This document shows positions 30,462 to 38,962 of a stretch of 49,442 bases of DNA, piece by piece. The DNA is taken from NCBI GenBank assembly GCA_019416395.1, contig DXXH01000001.1, forward strand, positions 1 through 49,442. Direction: 5' to 3'. The first letter of the stretch is position 1, and each line of letters begins with the position of its first letter. This DNA is from Clostridiales bacterium (lineage in GTDB: Bacteria > Bacillota > Clostridia > Oscillospirales > Acutalibacteraceae). The notes below the pieces were generated by a model. That model was given only the letters and a program-made list of their open reading frames with translations. It was not told the DNA's origin and ran no database searches. The translations under genes were made by a program, and so were the position numbers.

Positions 30462-31862
30462 TTATTTCGCTTCCCCGCTTTTCCAGAGCTCTCCTTCCGC
30501 GGACCGGGCTTGGCTCCAGTAACTGTCCAACTGGTCCAACAATTCCTGCTGGCTCTGTTCTCCGGCCAGGAATTCCCGCAGCAATTGATCGGCCCACGGG
30601 CGGTATCCCTCATACGCCTCATACATGACAGGCTCCTGAGCGTAAAAATACCAATCTGCCCGGCGCACCATCAGCAGATTCACTGCCAAGTCACTCTCTT
30701 CTAAACTGGGCTCCATATCTGCGGCAGTGGTGAAAATCGGCACAGTCCCACAGGCTTTGGCCAAATGGGTATTATTGTCCTGGTTGGAAAGGTACGTGAG
30801 GAAGTGAGCAGCATTTCCCTGATTCTCCGAGGCGGACGCGATCCCAAACCCGGTAAATTCCAAGCCTGCCACAGACACCCCCGAAATCCCACGGGGATAG
30901 GCCGCCACGTCCCAAGTCCCTTCCTTCATAGAGGAAGCAATTTTGTCCATCTGATCCTGTCCTGCCAGCAAAGCTATGGCTTTTCCGTCTACAAAAGCTT
31001 CCACCGCCTGGTCTTCTGTCCAGGTAAGGGTCTCTTCCGGAATGGTGCTCCCGATCAGCCCGGAGAATTGTTCCACAGCATTAGCGCTTTGCTCTAAGGT
31101 AAACAGGGTATCGTGGTCGTCCACCGCGGAAAAATAGGCGGCGGCCGGGTCTTCCATTCGTCCCAGGTTCACAGAACTCCACACCATGGCGTCAAACAGA
31201 TCCACCAAGTGTTCCTTCCCGCCAAATATCAGTCCTGCTGCCCCTTTATCCGCCAGCTTTTCCGCCATGTCTGGGAAATCGTCCCACACCCGGCAATACA
31301 CCATGCCTTCCTCTCTGCCCTCGTTGTATTCCTCAAACCAATCGCTGCGGTAATACAACAAGTCCTGATTGATGGTCGCCGGCAGCAGATACGCCCACTC
31401 CTGCCCCATAGACGCAGTCACCTGCTTTGCCGCCGTTGTCAGCTGGGAAGCTTCTTCCCAAACCTCTAGATACGGCGTCAGATCCACCAGCAACTCCTGT
31501 TTCACACAGGCCGGCTGCTCTTTCTGGGAGATTTCCACCAGGTCGGCGCCGCCTTCTTCCAACAGCTTCTGGGCTTCTTCTCCGCTTTGCACCGTGCGGA
31601 TCTGGATCTCTGTCTTTGGAAAATCTGCCTGGTATTTTTGGGCGATCTCTTCCAGGGCCTGGGTGCGCTCTTGGCTGACAAAGATCTCCGCTACCACCAG
31701 CGTGTTCTCACTGCCATCATTTTCCAGCACTACCTGGCTGCCTACGCCATCGTCTTCCAGTTGGGAAGAATCGTCCTCTCCCGGAGAGCAGGCGGCAAGC
31801 GATCCGGCCATGACCAGAGCCGCCATCAAAAGGGAAATTCCCTTTTTCCATCTATTATTCAC
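30462..31862 (-). CDS. ABC transporter solute-binding lipoprotein (family 1, carbohydrate-type)
   Basis: Lipobox LAAC, LVDLTPY, LYYRSDWFEE, FVDGKAIA; very acidic. Confidence 0.85.
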   Translation of the reverse strand: MNNRWKKGISLLMAALVMAGSLAACSPGEDDSSQLEDDGVGSQVVLENDGSENTLVVAEIFVSQERTQALEEIAQKYQADFPKTEIQIRTVQSGEEAQKLLEEGGADLVEISQKEQPACVKQELLVDLTPYLEVWEEASQLTTAAKQVTASMGQEWAYLLPATINQDLLYYRSDWFEEYNEGREEGMVYCRVWDDFPDMAEKLADKGAAGLIFGGKEHLVDLFDAMVWSSVNLGRMEDPAAAYFSAVDDHDTLFTLEQSANAVEQFSGLIGSTIPEETLTWTEDQAVEAFVDGKAIALLAGQDQMDKIASSMKEGTWDVAAYPRGISGVSVAGLEFTGFGIASASENQGNAAHFLTYLSNQDNNTHLAKACGTVPIFTTAADMEPSLEESDLAVNLLMVRRADWYFYAQEPVMYEAYEGYRPWADQLLREFLAGEQSQQELLDQLDSYWSQARSAEGELWKSGEAK

Positions 31863-31912
31863 AGGCTTCGCCTTCCTTTCGTAGGAAACTGCCCCGCTGG
31901 GGCTGTGTTCCT

Positions 31913-31941
31913 ATTATAGCTTTCCCCAGCGCAAATTACAA
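31913..31941 (-). promoter_or_regulatory. SigA promoter for the solute-binding protein
   Basis: TTGTAA-17 nt-TATAAT. Confidence 0.7.
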
Positions 31942-31968
31942 GAAAAACCACCCGCTCCCCCGAAAACA

Positions 31969-31996
31969 GGAAACGGCCCCAAAAGGAGCCGTTTCC
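31969..31996 (-). terminator. Hairpin after the nitroreductase
   Basis: ggaaacggc / gccgtttcc inverted repeat. Confidence 0.55.
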
Positions 31997-32015
31997 ACAA
32001 AGCCATATGGCACGA

Positions 32016-32537
32016 TCACACTTTTTTAATATAGTCGGGTTTCCGGTCTCTGGGCTGGGGAAGGGGCCCGGCGGCATACCCCAATGCGATGGAACCCACA
32101 CCCCGCAGATTCTCCGGCAGCCCCCACTCTTTCAGCAGGGCTTTTCCTTCGGGAAGCTCAAACATCTGCTGTTCCCCGTGGATCCAGCAGGAAGCCAGGC
32201 CCAAAGCGTGGGCAGCGTCCATCATGGTGCACAGTACACAGGAGCCGTCTTCCACACAGGTGCCCCGCTCCGGGTCCGCCAGCACCAGAACAATGGTGGG
32301 CGCACCGTAATAGGGATCCCCGTCGCCGCCCCGAGCTTGCTTATTCAGCTCCATCACCGCTTGACGGTATTTGGGAGTTTGCACCGCCACAATCACAGGG
32401 GACTGTTTTCCCTGACCGGTTGGCGCCCAGGTTCCCGCTTCCACAACAGCGTCCAGCTCTTGGGGCGTGATCTGCTCTGGCTTATAGGCTCGCACGCTCC
32501 GGCGGGTCTTGATCAATTCCAGCATTTTGTTCTCCAT
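32016..32537 (-). CDS. Nitroreductase family protein
   Basis: IKTRRSVRAY, AGTWAPT, AAHALGLASCWI, IALGY. Confidence 0.92.
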   Translation of the reverse strand: MENKMLELIKTRRSVRAYKPEQITPQELDAVVEAGTWAPTGQGKQSPVIVAVQTPKYRQAVMELNKQARGGDGDPYYGAPTIVLVLADPERGTCVEDGSCVLCTMMDAAHALGLASCWIHGEQQMFELPEGKALLKEWGLPENLRGVGSIALGYAAGPLPQPRDRKPDYIKKV

Positions 32538-32607
32538 AAGACATGACTCCTTTCCCGATTGTATGGTCCTTCCAGAGGATTTCTAAAGTTTATGATACCA
32601 CAATCTT

Positions 32608-35076
32608 TCAGGACAACGCAAGTTCCTTCCACCCGGAAATCAGCCGCAACAACAGCGCCGCCGTTCCCACGTTGTACCCACAGCATCCGTACAGTCCTTC
32701 CCCTGCCCCATTGGCTAACACCACCAAGGGCATTTGGTCCGGGTCCAGATAAAGCCGGCGGGCCAAAGGAGCCGCTGTTTCCGAAAAATCGCAGCGCCAC
32801 AAGGTCACATTGGCCAGCGCTTCCAGAGCCTTGCTCAATGTGGGGTCCGCCTGGCAAGAGAAATCCGGCAGCGCCAAACACAGGGGGATTTCCGACTTGG
32901 CCATTTCTCCAGCCGCTTCCCGCAGCTCGTTGAGCAGATGCTCTGTGGGCTCCCGGCCCACTTCCAGAAAACAAAGTACCGTCAAGGGTCCACGTCCCAG
33001 CAGCTCTTCTTTGCCAACGCTCCGTTCCTGGCTGTCCGTCAGGGTAAACTCCGGCAGAGGGCAGCGCTCCAAAAGATCCTGCACATCACCTTCACGGAAG
33101 CAAAGGGAAAGCGCCCTTTGTTCCCCTTCTTTCAGGGAAATCGTTTCCCACTGGGTAAGCAGGTTTCCGCCGGGCATACGGCTCACTGTCCACAACCGGT
33201 ACTCCCCTGGCGCCAACCAGGTCCGTCCTGTTTTCCCAGCTTCCACATTCCCCGTAGAAATCACCTGGAACCCTTCTCCTTCCCGCCGGGAAAGGGTGAA
33301 ATTCTGTTCCTCTATCCCTGCCTGGCTTTCCGGAGCGGTCAATTCCAAACAGGCGGTGGGTTGCTCTCCCCACAAGGGACGAAACCCATTGTCTTTCCAC
33401 ACCTGGGGCACGCCGTCCACCAGTCTGGCGGGAATCCCCACAGCCCGGCAGGCTGCACAGAACAGCATGGCTCTTCCCAGCCTGGTGCCGGCGTCTGTCC
33501 GGAGCATTCCCGCCGGCGTTCCCCACAAAGCGGAATAACACTGGGCGTCCAACGAAATATGGGTTTCCACCCAGGACCACAGCTGGGTAGGGTCCTCCCG
33601 AAACGCTTCCTGCTCCTGGGGAGTAAACTGGCTTTCCAGCAACTTATGCCAAGGGGTGAGCACTTCCAACCCCACTCTGGGGGAAAGCAGGCCTTGAGAA
33701 AAGGCCTCTTCCGGGAAAGAACTCTCCCAGTCGAATGCCTGAAGCGCGTCTTCCAGCAGCTCTGGGGAAACCACCCCCAGCTGATCCTTCTCCGTCAGGG
33801 ACTCCCACACCCGGCCCAGGTTTCCCTGGGGATTGGCTGGACGGGCTTTCTCCCACTTCTGGCGCTTTTCTTCCCGCAGGGTAGCGGCTTTTTCCAATCC
33901 GTCCTTCCGGGATTTTCCCTGCTGGGCAGTCAGCGCTGGCACCGTGATCCCAGCGTCCTTGGGAGCGCAAAAATCTTCCTGGCCAACAGATGCCAAAAGC
34001 TGTCCCAGCACCACCGTGCCTTCTGTTTCTTCGGAGGCTAGAATCGCTTCTCCCAACAAGCCCGGTTCTTCCTCTTTCCACGCGGTAACCAACACACTGC
34101 CCTGTCCCAGATTTAAGGTTATGTTGCCTTGGGCGTCTGCCTGACGGCGGGCGATCTCCCGGGGAGCGGCCATATTCACCACGGAAAAAGCTACCCAGAC
34201 TCCCGGGACAGGGAAACCTTCCTTGTCCGCCACCCGCAAGGTGAGCTTTTTTGTGGCTCCATACCGGGCGGTTAAATTTTCCACCGCCACTCCTTCCTGG
34301 AGATCCCAATCCAAAGCGGGGGTATCTGGGAACAAGAAGGCCACCTCTTCCCGGCTGCCCTGGACAAAACTCCTGGTATGCACCATGACCGCCCGGGCAG
34401 CGGCATGGGTGAACCACCCACGGTCCAGCACAGGTTCCGGCTCGCAGGCGCCCAGATAACGCCACCGTTCCCCGTCAAAGGCTTCCACCCAGGCGTGGTT
34501 ATCATCACAGTGGGACCACCAAGGCGCGTACACCTGCCGTGCCCCGATTCCCACACTGCGCAATGCCGTCACCAGAAAGGTGGATTCTTCCCCGCACCGG
34601 CCAAACCCTCTGGTGAACACCTGGAAAGGCGAAGCGGTTCTTCCATCGGTGGAACGATAAGTGGCTTGCTCGGCGCACCAGCGGTTCACCTCTAAAATGG
34701 CTTCCGGAAGCGGGAGGCCCTTTACCCGGGACACCAAGGCGTCGTGGAACAGCTTTCGGCAAGGCTCCAGCTCCTCGGTGTTGATCCTGGGATAGGCCAC
34801 GCTTCTCAAGAACAAATGCTCCGGCAAAGCGGCGCACCAGGGGAATTCTTCCCGGACCGCCAAGGCCTGCCAGGCCACCTCACGAAAATAGACGGGGGGA
34901 TAATCTCCCAAATCCACCAGGGGCAGTGTGGCGTAATAGTAAGAAAGCAGCACAGATTCGTCCTTGCCGCACTGGCTCAGAAGCTTTTCCAGCTCTTTCC
35001 CCACTGCTCCAAAAGCGGGTTTCCGTTTTTCCAACTGGGTGCGGGCGTATTCCAGCAATTCTGGGGACCAATTCAC
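32608..35076 (-). CDS. Transglutaminase-like domain protein (candidate peptide:N-glycanase-like amidase)
   Basis: GRCGEES (Cys), NHAWVE (His), a second degenerate TG repeat (CRAVGIPARL) and a thioredoxin-like C-terminus. The GTG start overlaps the cutC stop. Confidence 0.85.
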   Translation of the reverse strand: MNWSPELLEYARTQLEKRKPAFGAVGKELEKLLSQCGKDESVLLSYYYATLPLVDLGDYPPVYFREVAWQALAVREEFPWCAALPEHLFLRSVAYPRINTEELEPCRKLFHDALVSRVKGLPLPEAILEVNRWCAEQATYRSTDGRTASPFQVFTRGFGRCGEESTFLVTALRSVGIGARQVYAPWWSHCDDNHAWVEAFDGERWRYLGACEPEPVLDRGWFTHAAARAVMVHTRSFVQGSREEVAFLFPDTPALDWDLQEGVAVENLTARYGATKKLTLRVADKEGFPVPGVWVAFSVVNMAAPREIARRQADAQGNITLNLGQGSVLVTAWKEEEPGLLGEAILASEETEGTVVLGQLLASVGQEDFCAPKDAGITVPALTAQQGKSRKDGLEKAATLREEKRQKWEKARPANPQGNLGRVWESLTEKDQLGVVSPELLEDALQAFDWESSFPEEAFSQGLLSPRVGLEVLTPWHKLLESQFTPQEQEAFREDPTQLWSWVETHISLDAQCYSALWGTPAGMLRTDAGTRLGRAMLFCAACRAVGIPARLVDGVPQVWKDNGFRPLWGEQPTACLELTAPESQAGIEEQNFTLSRREGEGFQVISTGNVEAGKTGRTWLAPGEYRLWTVSRMPGGNLLTQWETISLKEGEQRALSLCFREGDVQDLLERCPLPEFTLTDSQERSVGKEELLGRGPLTVLCFLEVGREPTEHLLNELREAAGEMAKSEIPLCLALPDFSCQADPTLSKALEALANVTLWRCDFSETAAPLARRLYLDPDQMPLVVLANGAGEGLYGCCGYNVGTAALLLRLISGWKELALS

Positions 35077-35828
35077 GATTTCATCAATTCCTTTCGGGCT
35101 TCCCGGAGTTTTTCCGGGTCCGTGCGCCAAATGATATATTCGCTAAAGGCCGGAAGCCCCATGCTGACTTCTTCTTTCCGGTAACGCATGGCGCTTTCCA
35201 CCTCTTTCTTGCCGCTCATGTGAAACGACCTGGCTTCCGGCAAAACTTGCCTGGCTTGCCGGATCACATCGGCGTCCACTCCCGACCCCAGCAACAGCTC
35301 CACCGAGCCTTTCTTCCCCCACAGCTCTTTGAGCAGGGGCAATCCCTCAGCGCAGGTGTCCTTCTGTCCCGAGGTAAGTATTGTATCCACTCCCAAAGCC
35401 TTGCACTGTTCCAACGCCTGGAATGGGTCGCGGCAAACGTCAAAGGCCCGATGCAGCGCGAATTTCTTTCCCGCTTCGTGGCAGAGTTTCACCATGGGTT
35501 CCAACCGGGCCACATCCAAATCCCCTTCCGCTGTCAGGAACCCGGACACCACTGCGTCGGCCCCATTTTCCAACAGGGCGGCAGCGTCTTCCATCATCAT
35601 GGAAAACTCTTCCCGGGTATAGAGGAAATCCCCAAAACGGGGCCGCAGCAAGGCATGAACCGGCAGCCCCGTTTCCTGTTTTGCCCGCCGCACCAGGGAA
35701 AGAGCCGGCGTGGTGCCGCCAATAATCAGATTGGCGCAAAGCTCCATACGGGTGGCGCCGCCTTCTTTGGCGGCCACAGCGGACTCCAGACTGTCTACAC
35801 AAGCTTCCAACACAAATGGATCTGCCAT
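35073..35828 (-). CDS. cutC: CutC-family TIM-barrel protein
   Basis: LEACVDS, RMELCANL..GGTTP, RPRFGDFLY, HRAFD, ILTSG. Confidence 0.92.
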   Translation of the reverse strand: MADPFVLEACVDSLESAVAAKEGGATRMELCANLIIGGTTPALSLVRRAKQETGLPVHALLRPRFGDFLYTREEFSMMMEDAAALLENGADAVVSGFLTAEGDLDVARLEPMVKLCHEAGKKFALHRAFDVCRDPFQALEQCKALGVDTILTSGQKDTCAEGLPLLKELWGKKGSVELLLGSGVDADVIRQARQVLPEARSFHMSGKKEVESAMRYRKEEVSMGLPAFSEYIIWRTDPEKLREARKELMKS

Positions 35829-35832
35829 ACGT

Positions 35833-37152
35833 TTACTCCTTTAAAGTCACTTCCAGCACGGTATCCACAGGATCGGGAAGCACCGGGTCTTCTCCCAGAT
35901 CTGCGAACACAATGTCCGGATAATTGTTGCTGGTCCAGCTATTGGACAAAAGCACTTCTCCGCCAGTAGCCAAGTAACGCACGTAGTCGATTTCCTCTTT
36001 TTTCAACCCCGGCAGCGGCATGGGGCCTACTGTGTTTTCAAACAGGTGATAATACAGCTTGTTCCCCTTGCGGGTGATCCGGCCAGTATCCGGCTTGGCC
36101 ATTCCCGCCTTACCGCATCCGTAGATACTTTGGCTATTGTCCTTCATCCAGGCGCCAATCTGCTTTAAAATCTCCAAAGACTGGGGCGGGATATTTCCCC
36201 GGGCGTCGGGCCCCACATTCAAAAGCAGGTTTCCACCCTTGGACACGCATTCCACCAGCTTTTTGATCAGCATGGGGGCTGGCTTGAAGAAGTGGTCCTT
36301 GGCGCAATAGCCCCAGTTGTTGTTCATGGTGATACAGGCTTCCCACACCAAGTCACGGCCTTGCTTGTCCTGCAAACCGTTGGGGGGAATAATCTGCTCC
36401 GGGCTGACAAAATCCCCGTGATAAGGGGTGGGATTGCCTTCCCACATGGAACCAAATCCCTCGCCGCTGACTTCCAGCCGGTTGTCGATAATGATCCCCG
36501 GCTGCAATTCCCGAACCATGCTGACCAGTTCGGTGGCTTTCCAGGTTTCGCCCCGCATCACGTAGTTCTCGTTCCCGTAGGAGAAGTCAAACCACAGAAT
36601 ATCCAGCTTTCCGTAATTGGTACAGATCTCCCGCACCTGGTTGTGCAGATAGGTCAGATAACGGTTGAAATCCCGGCCCTCGTTGCTGTAAGCCGGATTG
36701 TTCCGCATGGGATGATGCAGATCCCCATAATGGGGGTAATCGTCATGGTACCAATCCAACAGGGAGAAATAAAGCCCCACTTTCAGGCCTTCGCCCCGGA
36801 CCGCTTCCACAAATTCCGCCACAATATCCCGTCCAAAGGGTGTATTGGTGGATTTAAAATCGGTGTACTGGGAATCGAACAGGCAGAAACCATCGTGATG
36901 CTTGGCTGTGAGCACCACATATTTCATGCCTGCCTCTTTCGCCGCTCTGGCCCACTGGCGGGGATCAAAATCCACTGGGTTGAATTGGTGGAAATAAGGC
37001 ATATAGTCCTCTTTGGGCATCTCCTCTACGCTGCGCACCCATTCCCCACGGGCGGGAATGGCGTAAAGCCCCCAGTGAATGAACATGCCGAAACGGGCGT
37101 CTGTATACCAGGCCACTCTCTTCTCATAAGCGTCCCGATCAAATGTGTACAT
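35833..37152 (-). CDS. Alpha-L-fucosidase (GH29), no signal peptide
   Basis: FGMFIHWGLY, TAKHHDGFCLF, LWFD nucleophile, NNNWGY, GGNLLLNVGP. Confidence 0.93.
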   Translation of the reverse strand: MYTFDRDAYEKRVAWYTDARFGMFIHWGLYAIPARGEWVRSVEEMPKEDYMPYFHQFNPVDFDPRQWARAAKEAGMKYVVLTAKHHDGFCLFDSQYTDFKSTNTPFGRDIVAEFVEAVRGEGLKVGLYFSLLDWYHDDYPHYGDLHHPMRNNPAYSNEGRDFNRYLTYLHNQVREICTNYGKLDILWFDFSYGNENYVMRGETWKATELVSMVRELQPGIIIDNRLEVSGEGFGSMWEGNPTPYHGDFVSPEQIIPPNGLQDKQGRDLVWEACITMNNNWGYCAKDHFFKPAPMLIKKLVECVSKGGNLLLNVGPDARGNIPPQSLEILKQIGAWMKDNSQSIYGCGKAGMAKPDTGRITRKGNKLYYHLFENTVGPMPLPGLKKEEIDYVRYLATGGEVLLSNSWTSNNYPDIVFADLGEDPVLPDPVDTVLEVTLKE

Positions 37153-37207
37153 AAAAGACTCCTCTCCAGACGGCGCATGACCGCCTTCCTATGAAATTCA
37201 CAGCACT

Positions 37208-37246
37208 ACTATAGCATAACCTTTGGGTGATGGAAAGCGGTTTTCC
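37208..37246 (-). promoter_or_regulatory. Promoter of the fucosidase operon with a LacI/CcpA-like operator
   Basis: TTTCCA-17 nt-TATAGT (TG extended); the pseudo-palindrome GGAAAGCGGTTTTCC overlaps the -35. Confidence 0.55.
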
Positions 37247-37261
37247 GAAAAAAATCCCGCC

Positions 37262-37290
37262 TTGCGCCTGGTGGGAAAATAGGCTATACT
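37262..37290 (+). promoter_or_regulatory. SigA promoter for the membrane protein
   Basis: TTGCGC-17 nt-TATACT. Confidence 0.6.
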
Positions 37291-37323
37291 GAATAGAAAA
37301 ATCAGGTTTTACGGAGGGGTTCC

Positions 37324-38826
37324 ATGGGGAAAAATTTCTGGGCCAAGGCGGACCGGCTTCTGTCGGAAAAGCGGCTGGCCATTGTATGCGGAGTGTTGCT
37401 GGGGCTGAGCCTACTGCCCCTGGCCGTCATCTCCTTTTATAACCACCCTTGTTCCGACGACTACAGCTATGGCCTGTATGTAGCCCAAACGGTACGGGCC
37501 GGCGGGTCTTTGTGGGACATTTTGGCCGCCGCGGCCAAGGAAACAGCGGAAACCTACTTTGACTGGCAAGGCACGTTCTCCGCGGTGTTTTTGATGGCGC
37601 TACAGCCCGCCGCTTTCGGGGAACGCTTTTACGCCATTACCGCCTATCTCATGATCGGTTCCCTGGTGTTTTCCAATTTCTTCTTTTTAAAGGAATGGTG
37701 TGTCCACCGGCTGGGCATGAGCCGGTCCGCCTGGGTCATTGTATCCTGCGCCCTGTGCTTTTTCATGGTGCATTTCGCCCCCTCAGCTTTTGAGGGATTT
37801 TTCTGGTATAACGGTTCCTTGTTTTACACCTTTTTCCACTCGGTAATGCTGTGCGCCCTCACCCTGGTGCTGAAATTCTTACGCGCGCCCACCCAGGCAA
37901 AAACCCTTGCTAGTGGGATTGGCGCAGGAGTGCTGGCATTCTGCCTGGGTGGGGGGAATTATCCCACAGCACTTCTCACCTGGCTGCTTTTGCTGTGCGC
38001 CTTTCTCTGGACTCTGTGGAAACGTCTTCCCCTTTCCCGAAAAGTGGGGACACTTTGCTTCTTCCTCTTGGAAACGGCCGCCTTTGGGATCAGCGTTCTG
38101 GCCCCGGGAAACAGCGTTCGGCAGGCCCATTTTGAAAACCGTCCCGGCGCTGTAAAAGCCATTGTTCTGGCCCTGGGTGCCGCTGCCAGAAACATCACCC
38201 AGTGGACTACCCTTCCGCTGATTCTGGCACTGCTATTCCTGGCTCCCATCTTTTGCAAATATGCTTCCAAGCTGTCCTTCCGTTTCCCCATGCCGCTGCT
38301 GGCTGTGCTGGGGGCTTTCTGCCTGCTGGGCGTGCTGTTGACGCCCCCCATCTACGCCATGGGCGGCACTGGCGCCGCCCGCATGGAAGACCTGTACTAC
38401 GACGCCTTTTGCCTGCTGGCAGGCGGGGTCACCTTCTACCTGTGCGGCTGGTTTGTCCACCTTCCCGCAGGAAAGCTTTCCCCCAAAAAGACCGGCGTCT
38501 CAAAGGCGGCGGTTACCCTCTCCCTGGCGCTGCTATTCTGTGTTTCTGTAGTCACCTTGTCCGATTTCAAATCCCTCAGCGGGGTCAGTGCCCTGCGCAG
38601 CCTGCGCAACGGCGAAGCCCAAAGCTACCACGCTCAAGTGGAAGCCCAAGTGGCCCTGTTGGAAGACTCTTCCCTGACCCAGGTGGTGTTGGAACCCATT
38701 ACCTACCGGCCTGAGCTTCTACTTCCCACCTCTGTACCCGTCCTTTCGGAAGACCCGGAAAACGCTGTGAACCAGAGGGTGGCTACATTCTACGGCAAAG
38801 AAAGCGTCCGTGTGGAAAGCGACTGA
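37324..38826 (+). CDS. Polytopic membrane protein (DUF6056-like, possible GT-C-fold glycosyltransferase)
   Basis: Roughly 11-13 TM helices; HPCSDDYSY and YFDWQGTF in the first loop; LAPGNSVR; soluble C-terminus ending VATFYGKESV. Confidence 0.7.
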   Translation: MGKNFWAKADRLLSEKRLAIVCGVLLGLSLLPLAVISFYNHPCSDDYSYGLYVAQTVRAGGSLWDILAAAAKETAETYFDWQGTFSAVFLMALQPAAFGERFYAITAYLMIGSLVFSNFFFLKEWCVHRLGMSRSAWVIVSCALCFFMVHFAPSAFEGFFWYNGSLFYTFFHSVMLCALTLVLKFLRAPTQAKTLASGIGAGVLAFCLGGGNYPTALLTWLLLLCAFLWTLWKRLPLSRKVGTLCFFLLETAAFGISVLAPGNSVRQAHFENRPGAVKAIVLALGAAARNITQWTTLPLILALLFLAPIFCKYASKLSFRFPMPLLAVLGAFCLLGVLLTPPIYAMGGTGAARMEDLYYDAFCLLAGGVTFYLCGWFVHLPAGKLSPKKTGVSKAAVTLSLALLFCVSVVTLSDFKSLSGVSALRSLRNGEAQSYHAQVEAQVALLEDSSLTQVVLEPITYRPELLLPTSVPVLSEDPENAVNQRVATFYGKESVRVESD

Positions 38827-38864
38827 ATCCCCATACGGAACCTAGATTAAAAATTCACAAACAC

Positions 38865-38922
38865 ACAAGGGCCCGGATCCCCGGCTGCCAATGGCGGCCA
38901 GCGGTTCCAGGCCCTTGTTTTT
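38865..38922. terminator. Long hairpin between convergent genes
   Basis: acaagggcc...ggcccttgt followed by a T run, with inner ggctgcc/ggcggcc stem. Confidence 0.65.
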
Positions 38923-38962
38923 ATGATAAAACCTCGTCAGGAAACGGCGTTTCCGCTTCCCC

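Noticed and set aside
32016..32600. Nitroreductase as a fourth member of the glycan operon
   Set aside because: It has its own extended -10 (TGgTATCAT at 32592-32600) and no obvious functional link; read-through cannot be excluded
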